From Candidatus Poribacteria bacterium (GTDB taxonomy: Bacteria; Poribacteria; WGA-4E; WGA-3G), in the NCBI GenBank assembly GCA_965214095.1, contig OZ243938.1:1696001-1760000 (forward strand): a stretch of DNA of 64,000 bases, read 5' to 3'. Under the pieces are notes generated by a model, which made no database searches, was not told where the DNA came from, and saw only the letters and a program-made list of their open reading frames with translations. Position 1 is the stretch's first letter. Every line of letters starts with the position of its first letter. This document shows positions 45,077 through 55,963 of this stretch, in pieces. Made by a program: the position numbers and the translations under genes.

Positions 45077-45179
45077 TATAGTATATTTTGAAATTACTTG
45101 AACACTCTGCATCGGCGAGGTTAGGAAAACTCACCTACCGTGGGTCGAAAGTGTCAACTTATATTTATAATTCACTATA
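45077..45179. mobile_element. 103-bp Correia-like MITE, copy 3
   Basis: Near-identical to copies 1 and 2. Confidence 0.85.
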
Positions 45180-45380
45180 ACATAAAGCGAAAAGAACTTG
45201 GATGTGTTCAAGCCAGCACTGCATGAGTGTACCGATAATGCTTCTTAGAAAAATAATATATTCCGTCTTTGTAGACTTCGGTTGACTTACACTATAGAGT
45301 CTTAACTCTTCTCAAATGAACTAAAATTCTATGGCACGAGTCTATGTGGTTGTCCCCGCAGCTAAAGCAGTGGGATTGTT

Positions 45381-45530
45381 ACGACTTGTGCTAGTTAACA
45401 CCGAGTTGATTATGAATTCACATATATCGTCCCTACGGGACTAAAGAGCATCTTAAGAGAAAGATATACGGACAATATAACCTGAATGTGTGAAGTAATA
45501 CTTAACATTTAGTTATTTAGCACAAGTCGT
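45381..45530. mobile_element. 150-bp MITE with 7-bp target-site duplication
   Basis: 13-bp perfect TIR ACGACTTGTGCTA; GATTGTT direct repeats at 45374-45380 and 45531-45537. Confidence 0.85.
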
Positions 45531-45539
45531 GATTGTTCG

Positions 45540-48500
45540 TTAATTTCCTTCATGGCTGCCTTTAACTTCACTCCAGCTTAGTAACACCTTATCCTTCGCA
45601 GACACAAGCCCCCTCAACCGAACAGTCGTGAGCTGTTCACGGATGCCGTCATGTGAGACATCTTCTAACCGATAATAGTAGACAGTATTTGGCTTAGCCG
45701 TAGTATCTGTCCACGTATATTCAGTGCGTTGACCTGTCGTGCCTGCACCTTGAATGAGTTTTGGATTGATGACTTTGAACTTGCCATCATTGTTTCGACT
45801 GCGATAGATGTAAAAACCCGCATTGTCCACTTCTGACTCCGTCGTCCATTTCAAAAATACACCCGAGAGGGTTTGCTCCGCACGGAAACTGGACAAGGAT
45901 ACGGGCAAAGGTAGGTTGCTTGACGCGTCCCATAACTGTACCTTTCCGTCACTGGCAGCTGCGAGCATCTGTCCATCGGGATGAAACGCTAAATACGAGA
46001 CACCCCCAGACACCTTGAGTGTTTTTCTGTGTGTGCCTGTCCTGACATTCCACAAATAGACAGGAGAGAGTCCACTTGCGAGCGTCTTGCTATTGGGATG
46101 AAACGCCAAGCTATTACTCACGCTGAGATGTCCTATAAGTGTATGCAGCAGTCTACCAGTGCGCACATCCCATAGACGGACAATTGTATCTGACCCCGAA
46201 CTCGCAAGGATTTTACTATCCGGACTGAACGCCAAGTCATTAACTGAATCTTGATGTCCTATGAGTGTGTGTCGGATTTTACCTGTGCGAACATCAAATA
46301 AATGGATACGACCATCCCATAACCCGCTTGCGAGCGTCCGCAAATCTGGGCTGAACACTTCTCCTCCAGTCAAAAGCTCTACGGGACTGTCTGATTGGAT
46401 TCTTCCGGTGTGAACATCCCATAAACGGATACTACCTTTTGACCTGGTTTTTGACTGAATCGCACCGGCAAGCGTCTGACCATCAGGAGAAAATGCGACG
46501 CTCCCCGCTGTTTCATTATCTGGTATGGGTATGCCCCGTTGGATTTCACCTGTGTCAACATCCCATAAATAAATGCTATTCTCGTCCAGCCATACCTCCC
46601 CTGCGATTGTCTGACTATCCGGAGAGAAAGCAAAGGATACCCGTTGTCCTATCCCTGCCAAAGTATGTCGCACTTTATGCGTGCGAACATCCCATAACCG
46701 TATGACACCTGCCTCCTTAGTTGCGAGTGTCTGTCCATCCGGACTAAACATGATCATGCCGATACCACCCACCGTAAACTCTTTGAAGGTATGACGTGAC
46801 AAACCTGTATCAACATCCCATAAACAGATGTTACTATCTTCTGAACTTATACTTGCGAGGGTGTTACCATCTGGACTAAACACAACGCTTGAGACAATAT
46901 AAGGAATATGTCCATCAAGTGCTTGTTGGATGTCACCTGTGCCAACATTCCATAAACGGATACTACCTATCCCCGAACTTGCAAGCGTTTTGCCATTAGG
47001 GCTAAACGCCACGTTAAAAATCCATCCCTGATGATGAAATCTGTCCCGAATCGCACCCGTGTCAACATCCCATAAATAGACGGTGTCATCAAAACCACCG
47101 CTTGCCAACGTCTCACCATCCGGACTAAACGTTACACTCTTAACCCTGTGCTGATGGTCTTTGAGGGTGTGCAGGATGTCACCCGTGTCAACATCCCATA
47201 AACGGACGGTGTCGTCCCCTCCACCGCTCGCTAATGTCCGGCCATCCGGACTAAACGCTACGCTATTGATATTCACGACAGTATCTATGAGTGTGTGACG
47301 AATTATGTTTTTGCTGTAATCCCATAAACGAATACTACCATCCGAACCCGCAATCGCAAGCAACTGCCCATCGGGAGAAAACGCTAAGTCAAGCACGTAA
47401 GTCTTACCTGAACGTGTATGTAGTATTTTCCCCGTGTGAACATCCCATATATACGCATACTTCCAATAGCCACCCGAGATGCGCTGTCCATCCAGACTAA
47501 ACGCAATATTGCCGATGCCCCCATCTGCCCCCGTTAATAGATCAACGGGATGCTGGGTCTGTGCATCGTAGAGCGTAATCCCATCCCCCGCAACCGCAAA
47601 ATGCTGCCCATCGGGAGAAAACGCTATATCAGAAGCACCGCCTTTCCCCAAAGCCCGTGTTGGCTCGTAGAAATCGGACTCTGCCTGCAAGAAAGGTATA
47701 ATGTCAATTGGGAAATACTGTGTGCGTATCATGACACCGGACGTATCAATCAGCTGCAGATAGACGTTGCGATCATCGGGTAACAATGCAACGGTGACAA
47801 ACTCGACAATGCTATTAGGTGTCGTGGCTAAACGTTTGCCAGCAACAAAATCAGGGTATTGGCTGTAAGAATTCGCCGGTCTCAGTAATTGTGCTTGATG
47901 CAGCAGTCCATTAGAACCAGTTATTTCAAAACGAAGCCGTATCGTATTCGGAGACGCTGTGGCACTCAGGGGCAACATCTGAACCGTGGGCACCTGAACG
48001 CTGTCTAAATCAATAGGAGTGCGTGGCGGATTGAATGCAGCATGCACATCAAGCCAATGGGCAGTCCAATATGTGTTGAGCATTCGATCATGACTAAAAG
48101 AGACGACTGTTTTGTTTTCAATGTCCCGACTATAGAACCCGTGATTTAATCCAAAGGTATGTCCGAGTTCATGCGCAATCGTATCCACATCAAAGCAGTC
48201 CCCGGATGCAGGCACAAGTGCCTGTCCCGCGTCGTTCCATCCTGAACCACGACCGCAAGCTTCACCACGATCAAGTATTTCACTGCTTATATCTATCGCC
48301 GCGAGATAGATGTTCTTTGACGTGTCAAACTTTTCTTCTATTTCAGATCACATATCAAACGTGTATTGTAAATTATTATAATATTCATCTGTGAATTGTC
48401 CGGTGACATGATGCACGACTGCTTTACCGCTGGCATCGGTTTCGTAGAGAAAAGTTTTTCTGTCAAACCCGTGTGCTTCCATCTGATTGGCGAACAGCAT

Positions 48501-48680
48501 CTGCGTATCCTTTATTAGCGTATCTAACTTATTATTGATGTCTGGCTGCGGATCACGGTCTTTTGGCAGAAAATAGATCAGTCGAACTATAGGACGTTCG
48601 CGCTGTTCTGCAGATGAAAAAGTGACAATCCCAAAACTTAGCAAAACGGCAACGATAAGAAAAAGTTTTCTAAATCTCAT
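45540..48680 (-). pseudogene. Secreted metallopeptidase-WD40 protein with LPVxLS-type C-terminal domain; one in-frame TGA at 48348-48350
   Basis: Both ORFs share a frame; readthrough gives TFDM*SEIEEKFD, homologous to 36590-38761; HELGH motif, many WD40 repeats. Confidence 0.85.
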
Positions 48681-48822
48681 AAAATACTCCAATATTACGT
48701 GATTTGTAAAATCATACTGTGTTGAGTTGTTATCGGAGTTCCCTCCTACAACGACAGAGCTATATTCAGTAGGAGCGATCTCCGAATCACGATATTTACC
48801 TGCCAAATAAGAGTGGACACAG

Positions 48823-48934
48823 CACTAGTGGTCTGTCTACCTTATTTTAAGGGTAATATAATCGTAGGGGCGAGGTCACCTCGCCCTCTTCCAAATCATA
48901 TACCCACAATTTTAGTATGGACAGTCCACTAGTG
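48823..48934. mobile_element. MITE with CTAG-containing ends enclosing a GTAG hairpin
   Basis: CACTAGTGGTCTGTC / GACAGTCCACTAGTG TIRs; internal GTAGGGGCGAGGTCACCTCGCCCT. Confidence 0.75.
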
Positions 48935-48999
48935 ACAAGAAAGTGCCCGCGCAGGCATAAGAGAATTAGTATAACCTACGAGCTGTTGCAGAGGTAAGT

Positions 49000-49447
49000 T
49001 TAGTTATGTGCGTCGCCAGCATGTTCCCCACCTGTACTATCACCACCACTGCCAACTTCGGCATGCGGAGACCATCCAGTGAAGCTTTGCCCTGTCGCAT
49101 CTAACGTGACGGATTTCTTTTCACCAGCTGCAAGGCTTACATTTGGTGTAGGTCCAAGTTCTACCCCGTTAGAAAGGTGAATTTCAACCCTGACCTGATC
49201 GATGGTTGCATTGGTAGTATTCTCTATAGTCCCTTCAAACATACTATTCGCAGGATTGTAGTTTATTACCAGCCGAACTCCAAGTCTGACCGTATTATAA
49301 GTTTCATCCAGTGCGAGTTGTGTTCCTGACTCTTCGCCACCTTCACTGCCTTCACCAGTAATTGGAGTGCTTGACCTTGAACAACTAATCATAAAAACCA
49401 TGCATGCGACTGCGATTATGGTTGAGAGATCCAGATTTTAAATTCAT
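49000..49447 (-). pseudogene. Paralog of the 39045-39503 lipoprotein with a frameshift in the signal peptide
   Basis: The RBS-preceded ATG at 49447 is 46 nt from the in-frame ATG at 49401; shares EESGTQL...QVRVE.HLSNGVELGPTP...W.PHAEVG. Confidence 0.7.
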
Positions 49448-49475
49448 TTTGATTCTCCTTTTTCATATTTAATGT

Positions 49476-49510
49476 GATCGCTATTGTTTACACGCCGCGA
49501 CCGAAGCGAG
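49476..49510 (-). ncRNA. Leader motif copy 2 (first hairpin only)
   Basis: GGTCGC-GGCGTGTAAACAATA-GCGATC. Confidence 0.5.
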
Positions 49511-49690
49511 ATTGTTACGACCCCATTTCCAAAGTTTTCCTATCAAGTAAAACATACTTATGTGTGCCATCTGTAATATATATGTCAACTATTTCAACAG
49601 ACATCAATTCACCATATTCTACGTTGCATCCGACAAGTCCTCAAGTGATATAGATGCCAAATAATAAAAGTATCTTTTTTTAATTATGTT

Positions 49691-50281
49691 TTATTTTTCT
49701 TCTAACAACAGCAACATATTCAGGTTTTGTTCAATTGCCAATTTTTTGACACGCTTGTTCACAGATGGATATGTATTGCGTTCAGTGTATGTGATAGAGA
49801 CAGCATCAGAGCCTGTATCTATCACTTTGACATTGATAATTTTGACACGATCTCCGATATACGCTGAATTCATTCCTATCAAGTTCCGTTTATCAATTGC
49901 TGTCAAATAGTAAAAAACACCTGTTCCGCCCAAACTATAGCCAACAGGAACAAAAATATATCTGTCTGTCTGCACAGCATCAGAAAAATGAACCAAATAG
50001 TTAACAATATGGGGAACGCCTCCGCTATTCTTATACCAAGTCTGACCATAATAGATGCCCGCTTGATACTGTTTTTTTCCGATCCCGACGACAAATTGAA
50101 CCGGATGTCCTTGTTCAGTTGCTTTTACTTCTGGAACAGTAAGAGTAGCTTGTGGCAAAATGGATTTCATTGGCGCGTTTAATTTGATGAAATCTACCCT
50201 TTTACTGCACGATAAAAGATAAAGAGTTATAAATAAAAACAGGATATAACCTGTTCGTATAACACGTTGATTATCATTCAT
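49691..50281 (-). CDS. Hypothetical lipoprotein
   Basis: Likely start MNDNQR at 50281; LLSC lipobox; intact paralog of 39528-40125. Confidence 0.75.
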   Translation of the reverse strand: MNDNQRVIRTGYILFLFITLYLLSCSKRVDFIKLNAPMKSILPQATLTVPEVKATEQGHPVQFVVGIGKKQYQAGIYYGQTWYKNSGGVPHIVNYLVHFSDAVQTDRYIFVPVGYSLGGTGVFYYLTAIDKRNLIGMNSAYIGDRVKIINVKVIDTGSDAVSITYTERNTYPSVNKRVKKLAIEQNLNMLLLLEEK

Positions 50282-50522
50282 TTTTGTTTCTGGCATGCTA
50301 CAATCTGTGGTTTCCTTTTTTAAGCAATTCATATTAATTTGCGAGTTTGCATGAAATGGTGATGAGTCTAACTGATTTCGCAAGTGTCATCAATTAATGG
50401 TGTTCATTTCCACTTTTACCGCACGGAATTGGGTGATGAAAAATATAGTTTTTTCACAAGTTCTTAACTACTTATTACTAAATTTTATATCGTCTTATCA
50501 TCGTGATCCTCTTTTGTGAGTA

Positions 50523-50601
50523 TGCGAGGGTTTAGCGTCTCCCCGCAGGACGTGTGAAACGTTTTTGTTGTGGATATTTTTACACGCCTCCACGGGGCGA
50601 G
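50523..50601 (-). ncRNA. Leader motif copy 3
   Basis: GTGGA-GGCGTGTAAAAATA-TCCAC and TGCGGGGA-GACGCTAAA-CCCTCGCA. Confidence 0.6.
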
Positions 50602-50884
50602 ACCTTAAATTTCGCGATTAATTATCATCACTCAAGGAACTGTTGTTGATTATCAACTCACCCAATAGGTTCTCAACTTATTCTTAGCAGAAAACCTTTC
50701 AATCGTTGTATCCGAGAGTATCCGTTGTTCACCAACGAAAGACATATCTTCAATCCAATAATAACGTTGCAGATATATCTTTCCACGTATACTCCGTGCG
50801 TTCACGTTTTGGATATATCACATGTTTCCTGAGCAATGATTATATGATCTCTGAATGCAATGAATTCTCCTTTGTCCTGTCAAA

Positions 50885-51214
50885 TTACAAAAGATCATTG
50901 CAAATCGGTTCTTGTCTTTGTATCAGATCATGGACAATCTTAAGTCGACAAGCAGAGTCATCCTCAAAATGGACACATACTCCATTCGCAAACCATATAT
51001 TCATGCACATCCATTTGTCATAGAGCAAAAGATGACTACCAAGTTTATCTGTCTCTCCAATATGCAACGCATCATAGAAACCATTATCTGCTTTGATGTA
51101 AATGTAAATAGCACCCGTATCCGGTAAATCTGCGTGTAGCGGATAAAGCGTAAACAGATAATAATGACCTGAGATGCCAGCAAAATAGACCTCTTTATTT
51201 TCCATTTCCGTCAT
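50885..51214 (-). CDS. Small GIY-YIG-like protein
   Basis: GAIYIY...LHIGET..L pattern; possibly catalytically degenerate. Confidence 0.55.
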   Translation of the reverse strand: MTEMENKEVYFAGISGHYYLFTLYPLHADLPDTGAIYIYIKADNGFYDALHIGETDKLGSHLLLYDKWMCMNIWFANGVCVHFEDDSACRLKIVHDLIQRQEPICNDLL

Positions 51215-51357
51215 AAGAAACCTCTATTCGTATATAACTCACCTTCTGTTTATCTTTTCATCACACCATACAATTCCACATATCGTTAAGAATGCCAAAA
51301 TACATATTACTATTATTGAAATCATCGTTTCTATTCCGATAACCAGTTTCAATAGAA

Positions 51358-52163
51358 CTATTCAAATTTTGCTATACCTTTATTTGTGATATACCAAGCA
51401 TCTAAACCAAACGGAGATATAAGTCCCTCCTTCTGAAGTTTATTAAGTATATTGCGAACGACAACATAATCAGAATTACTATCTTCAGTGGGTGTTAAAA
51501 GGATACGGATAACCTCGCTAATATCTTTCGTTGAGAGACGATCTCCTTGCTTTTCAAAAGCATATACTTGATACAGGACAGTATTTTTAAGTTCAGTATC
51601 TGTGAGAACAGTATTGATGAAAGGGATATTGTGCTGTTCCCAGCCTGTACGTAATAAGTTTACTATTAGATCATTGTATCCGTTTGATTTTGGGTTTAGT
51701 GCAATGTCTGTGTTCCATTTGTCTGTATTTTCATTGTGGATGACACTAATAATTATCTTTAATGTTTGGAGTGATCCATCGCCCTGGTAGATGTAAAGAT
51801 ATGGAAATACGGAGTTACCTGTATATATCCAATCTACTGGAGAATTTGGGATAATTGGTGTGTCCTCTCTAGGTCTATAGGTATGCACTATTGGAATACC
51901 AAATGTGTCGTCATGCTTAATTGAAGGTCCTAAATCTACCCAAGCGATTTGTTTCGCTTTTTTCTCAGTTTTGAAAGATTTTTTGAAAACCAATGATTCA
52001 TCTCCATATCATGTTTTTCACAGCGATTGCATGGACATTTTTCATCACACCGTGCGTATTCGCCTCTCAGATAATCTATGCTCACGCCAATCAGTACAAA
52101 CCCGATAGCACTAAAAACACCCCCCAAAACGTGTAATCCGATTGTAATAAGAGCATCAAGCAA
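51358..52163 (-). CDS. Hypothetical protein with C-terminal winged-helix-like region, possibly frameshifted (ORFs 51936-52163 and 51358-51993)
   Basis: Overlapping ORFs; C-terminal LNKLQKEGLI...WYITNKG. Confidence 0.45.
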
Positions 52164-52226
52164 GGTATATTTTCCTCAATCCACCGAATAGTGTTATTTT
52201 TATCAACTGAAGCCACATAAATCATT

Positions 52227-52317
52227 GTAGGAAAGAACTCCGATTCCCGATAGGTCTCAAGTCGGAGATCGCTCCTACAGGTTTGTTGAACATATTTTGC
52301 CAAAAACTTTACACACC
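52227..52317. repeat. GTAG REP doublet followed by an orphan ISKra4-like terminal repeat
   Basis: GTAGG...TCGGAGATCGCTCCTAC related to 48732-48792; TGCCAAAAACTTTACACACC is the reverse complement of 56685-56704. Confidence 0.65.
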
Positions 52318-55314
52318 TTATTTCCTTATCAACATCTTGCGCGTAGCAGAATAATCTCCCGCTGTTAGTGTATAGAAATACACACCACTTGCGATACGTT
52401 CTCCTAAACTATTGTGACCATCCCAATATGCTGCACGTTTCCTGTCAGTGTAAAATCCAGCTGATTGATGTCCAAGTGGAAGTATACGAACTACACGTCC
52501 TTTCATATCATAAATTGTTATCTGAACATTGCTGGTGTTTGCTAAGTTATACGGTATCCACGTCTCAGGATTAAACGGATTCGGATAGTTCGGCAATAAT
52601 GCAGTTGTTTCTGGATGCAACGAATTCAAGAGGTTTTGTAGCGCATGGATACCTCTGCGAAAAGCAGGACTCCCATCATCCGCTTCTATCGCTTGTTCTC
52701 GCCAACTTTGTATTTGGTCGGCAGTTGGACTGTTGGCAGATGGTGCAGCTATATCTTCTTCACCGAAATGGCTGGCAACTACCACTAAATCTAAAATATT
52801 GACAGTGCCATCACCGTTGGCATCTGCTCTTTCGATCGACGTGTCAAATGTAGCAACGATAACGAGATCCAATATGTCAATCACACCATCTTCGTTGACA
52901 TCGTACTCACTATATTCAGGTTCACTATCTACTTCAAAACGTACGATTTCGGTAAAGTCCGCAAGGAGTTTATTTTGCGCCTTATCAAATACAGTCATTT
53001 GTGCAATTCCCCACGTACCAGGGATACTGCCAACAGGTAAGATAATCGTTTTGTAGTAGGTATCATAGACAGTGGGGTCACCTAAAAAATAGATTTTGTA
53101 AAAATCTTCATGGTGGTGTCTAAAGAAGTGTGTCACACCTTGAGGGTCACGTAAATAGATCTCTGTTTTTGAATATCCACTAATATTGTCTTTGACCTTA
53201 AAAGTAATATCTACTTGTGTTTCACCATTTGGTTGTTCAGGATTTGTTGGCACAGCTGTTACAGTAATCCGGTTCAAATCCAGCACCGGCGGTGTGCTAT
53301 CAGGGTTTATTGATTGTACCTCAATAGTGGCAGGTAACTCATCAACGATCTCCTGATCTTCTCTTAAAACGCCAAATGATTTGGTAAAGTATACACCACG
53401 TTTGTTTCGTCCTATATCGGTCATACTAATATAGTTAACCGCATAGGTCCCGCTCTGATAGTAGTCGGGAATTATGAGTTCAACAGTCGCTTCACCCGTA
53501 TCTTTATTGTATGTTCCCCATTTTTCCGATCTACGAGAGTAGGTTTCATCGTTTACATCATTTGCTCGTGCTAAGACACCTACAACATCATTTTCTTCCA
53601 GAATCTGCCAACGAGCAGTAATAATTTGGTAACGTTTTCCATCTTCCATACTGTCTGACAAGGAAAGCTTCATTGAGTTTTTGACATAAATCGGAGCTTC
53701 ATCGTCTGCCAGCGGATTGTTCATATAGAGTTTCCATCCAAAATCGACTTGGGATTGATGCCGCTCATTGCCTTGTGAGTCACCGAGGGTAATTGCGTCG
53801 GGTCCCCAATAACCGTGCGCCGCATAGCGTGATATCGTCTTCTCACCTCGTAGCAGATGTGACGCATCAACGCGATGTCCACTATCGGTGTCAATAGGAA
53901 GAAGCCAGATGTCAAAGTACGTACCTGTTGGACTTAAACTTCTGACAAGCGACGCTTGTGCGTTGTCAAAATCACTCGTCTTATGAAGCTCAAGTTCAAT
54001 CACAATATGTTTATCCTCTTCCGGTTCACCATTCACCTGTATATCCACCCGGACAATCCTTCCCGGATACACAACATCTGGATACAGGTTGTAAACCTGA
54101 AATGTCAAATCTTCGCGTATCCGCGAGATGTATCGTGTTCCGTGCATAATCCTGTCTTGTATGAATTGATATTTGGCGGGAGAACGTGAGCGGAGTTTGT
54201 CCGGATTTACGATATAAAAGCTAATGCTCTCTGCCATATCCTCATTCGGGTTCACACCATGAGCATAAGCGGAGACAAATTCTGTCTGCTTCGTCGTTGA
54301 CCAACCATCCTCATCGTCTGGGTTTTCATACCAGCCACCGAGTTCAATCCAATCCTGTATGAGTTGATCATCAAAGAGGTGTTCCCATAAAAAGTGTGCC
54401 TTTTCATGTAGAATCAAGCGATTGATATAGTCTGCACCTTGTACCTGAAAAGCGGATTCCATAAATTCAATGTAGCCACTCAATGGCCACGCAACCGCAG
54501 GGGCTACCGGATAAAGCGGATGTGGTGTTCCATCTAAACGTCGAACCAGATAATTAAGCCCCGCTGTTTTATGCATGCCTTGCGGATATTCCTCAAACAT
54601 CGTAGCAATAGCAATGAGTTCTTCGTTTTTGAATGTTGTGAAACGTGCAGCATGCTCACCGGTTGTGTAGCGTGTCAGTTCGGTATAATCCGGGACGTTT
54701 ATGCTGACCGCATAGCGTTCTTGCAATATCCGTTCAAGTGCCACTCTATCAGCACCATCATCCGTTACAAACCGAACGACAGCATGATGTAGTCGTTTAG
54801 AAAAATACCTGCCACGCACACCTTCAATCTCCGCTAACAGTGGGGATGCATACGTAAATGCCTCTTCTGCAATCGTCACAACTTTCTGCCTATTTTTAAA
54901 TTCAATATTGATGTCATCTTGAACATGACTATCAGTTAGCCGCCACAAAGAAGCGGACACTGATGGAATCTCTTTATAAGGATCGTTCACTTCTTGCGGT
55001 ATCGTTTCAAATGTGCTTAGCAACCTGTAGGCTTTCCCCGCATTCCACTCTGGACCGAGATGGACAGAATATTTCTGCATCAACCGTAAAGACGCGCTGT
55101 GCGATGGCACTTGTATCACCTCATCTAACAGCACTACCTTGACAGGTTCAATCACAGTTGCACTTTCACTACCTTCGGGGGTCTCATCTATCTGCCAATT
55201 GAAGTTATAGGTGATGCCTTGAGAAACAACACCGCTTAAAAGGATAACGGAAATTAACACTATTCTATAAGTTCGCAACATCACCGGTTTTTGTGAACAT
55301 AATTTTGTGAACAT
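52318..55314 (-). CDS. Secreted zinc metallopeptidase with dockerin and NPFNP C-terminal domain
   Basis: HEKAH...EDMAES gluzincin-like motif, DVNEDG/DANGDG dockerin pair, NYPNPFNPETWIPY...TRKMLIRK. Confidence 0.85.
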   Translation of the reverse strand: MFTKLCSQKPVMLRTYRIVLISVILLSGVVSQGITYNFNWQIDETPEGSESATVIEPVKVVLLDEVIQVPSHSASLRLMQKYSVHLGPEWNAGKAYRLLSTFETIPQEVNDPYKEIPSVSASLWRLTDSHVQDDINIEFKNRQKVVTIAEEAFTYASPLLAEIEGVRGRYFSKRLHHAVVRFVTDDGADRVALERILQERYAVSINVPDYTELTRYTTGEHAARFTTFKNEELIAIATMFEEYPQGMHKTAGLNYLVRRLDGTPHPLYPVAPAVAWPLSGYIEFMESAFQVQGADYINRLILHEKAHFLWEHLFDDQLIQDWIELGGWYENPDDEDGWSTTKQTEFVSAYAHGVNPNEDMAESISFYIVNPDKLRSRSPAKYQFIQDRIMHGTRYISRIREDLTFQVYNLYPDVVYPGRIVRVDIQVNGEPEEDKHIVIELELHKTSDFDNAQASLVRSLSPTGTYFDIWLLPIDTDSGHRVDASHLLRGEKTISRYAAHGYWGPDAITLGDSQGNERHQSQVDFGWKLYMNNPLADDEAPIYVKNSMKLSLSDSMEDGKRYQIITARWQILEENDVVGVLARANDVNDETYSRRSEKWGTYNKDTGEATVELIIPDYYQSGTYAVNYISMTDIGRNKRGVYFTKSFGVLREDQEIVDELPATIEVQSINPDSTPPVLDLNRITVTAVPTNPEQPNGETQVDITFKVKDNISGYSKTEIYLRDPQGVTHFFRHHHEDFYKIYFLGDPTVYDTYYKTIILPVGSIPGTWGIAQMTVFDKAQNKLLADFTEIVRFEVDSEPEYSEYDVNEDGVIDILDLVIVATFDTSIERADANGDGTVNILDLVVVASHFGEEDIAAPSANSPTADQIQSWREQAIEADDGSPAFRRGIHALQNLLNSLHPETTALLPNYPNPFNPETWIPYNLANTSNVQITIYDMKGRVVRILPLGHQSAGFYTDRKRAAYWDGHNSLGERIASGVYFYTLTAGDYSATRKMLIRK

Positions 55315-55638
55315 AATTATCTCCTATTAGTATATTTAGTATATAAGGTTACAAGTGTTCAGTATTTTCTGTTCAGGTCGACTCTCGCAAACTCTACCTC
55401 ACCTACAATAATTGATAAAAATAAGTTTTATGCTCTAAAGTTGACAGCAGCGTGCCACGCGCACGCTGTGTTGATTTGACTGAATACTAAAAAGGCATTC
55501 AGAGTGTTGATTCGGGTTTTGCTATATTCTATCCAACCGTGGACACCTTTATCCTGTGACTCTCTTCTATAAAACTCTGTATCAGCAAGTCGTCAAAAAG
55601 GCAAAAATCCGGAAATTGATTAACGATATTTATATTTT

Positions 55639-55929
55639 CTACCTACGTTTTTGCCGTTTACGATATTCTGCATCGGCGATTCGCCAATAAGGATTATGTT
55701 TATGACCGTCCCGCTCAATCCTCCCTGTTTCATGCAATGCGTTTAACATTATTTGAACAAATTTATAATGCCAATTTGGATGGCTTGGCAGTCCAAGTGC
55801 ATGATGGATATCTGCGTCGTTCAACCACACATCACCATCGTCTAATCGGGTGATATATAGAAATTCCAATACTGCATCTTCAACAAGATATAAGCCGATT
55901 TGGGCTTGTCTGCTTATTGCTTCGTCCAT
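55639..55929 (-). CDS. Small winged-helix-like protein
   Basis: ADIHHALGL...LNALHETGRIER pattern. Confidence 0.6.
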   Translation of the reverse strand: MDEAISRQAQIGLYLVEDAVLEFLYITRLDDGDVWLNDADIHHALGLPSHPNWHYKFVQIMLNALHETGRIERDGHKHNPYWRIADAEYRKRQKRR

Positions 55930-55963
55930 GCCATATCCTGTTCTATCTCTTTCCTGTTGTTAG

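Noticed and set aside
35747-48350. Genome-wide UGA=Trp recoding or selenocysteine
   Set aside because: TGA terminates several normal genes here, TGG is used for Trp, and one internal stop is TAA.
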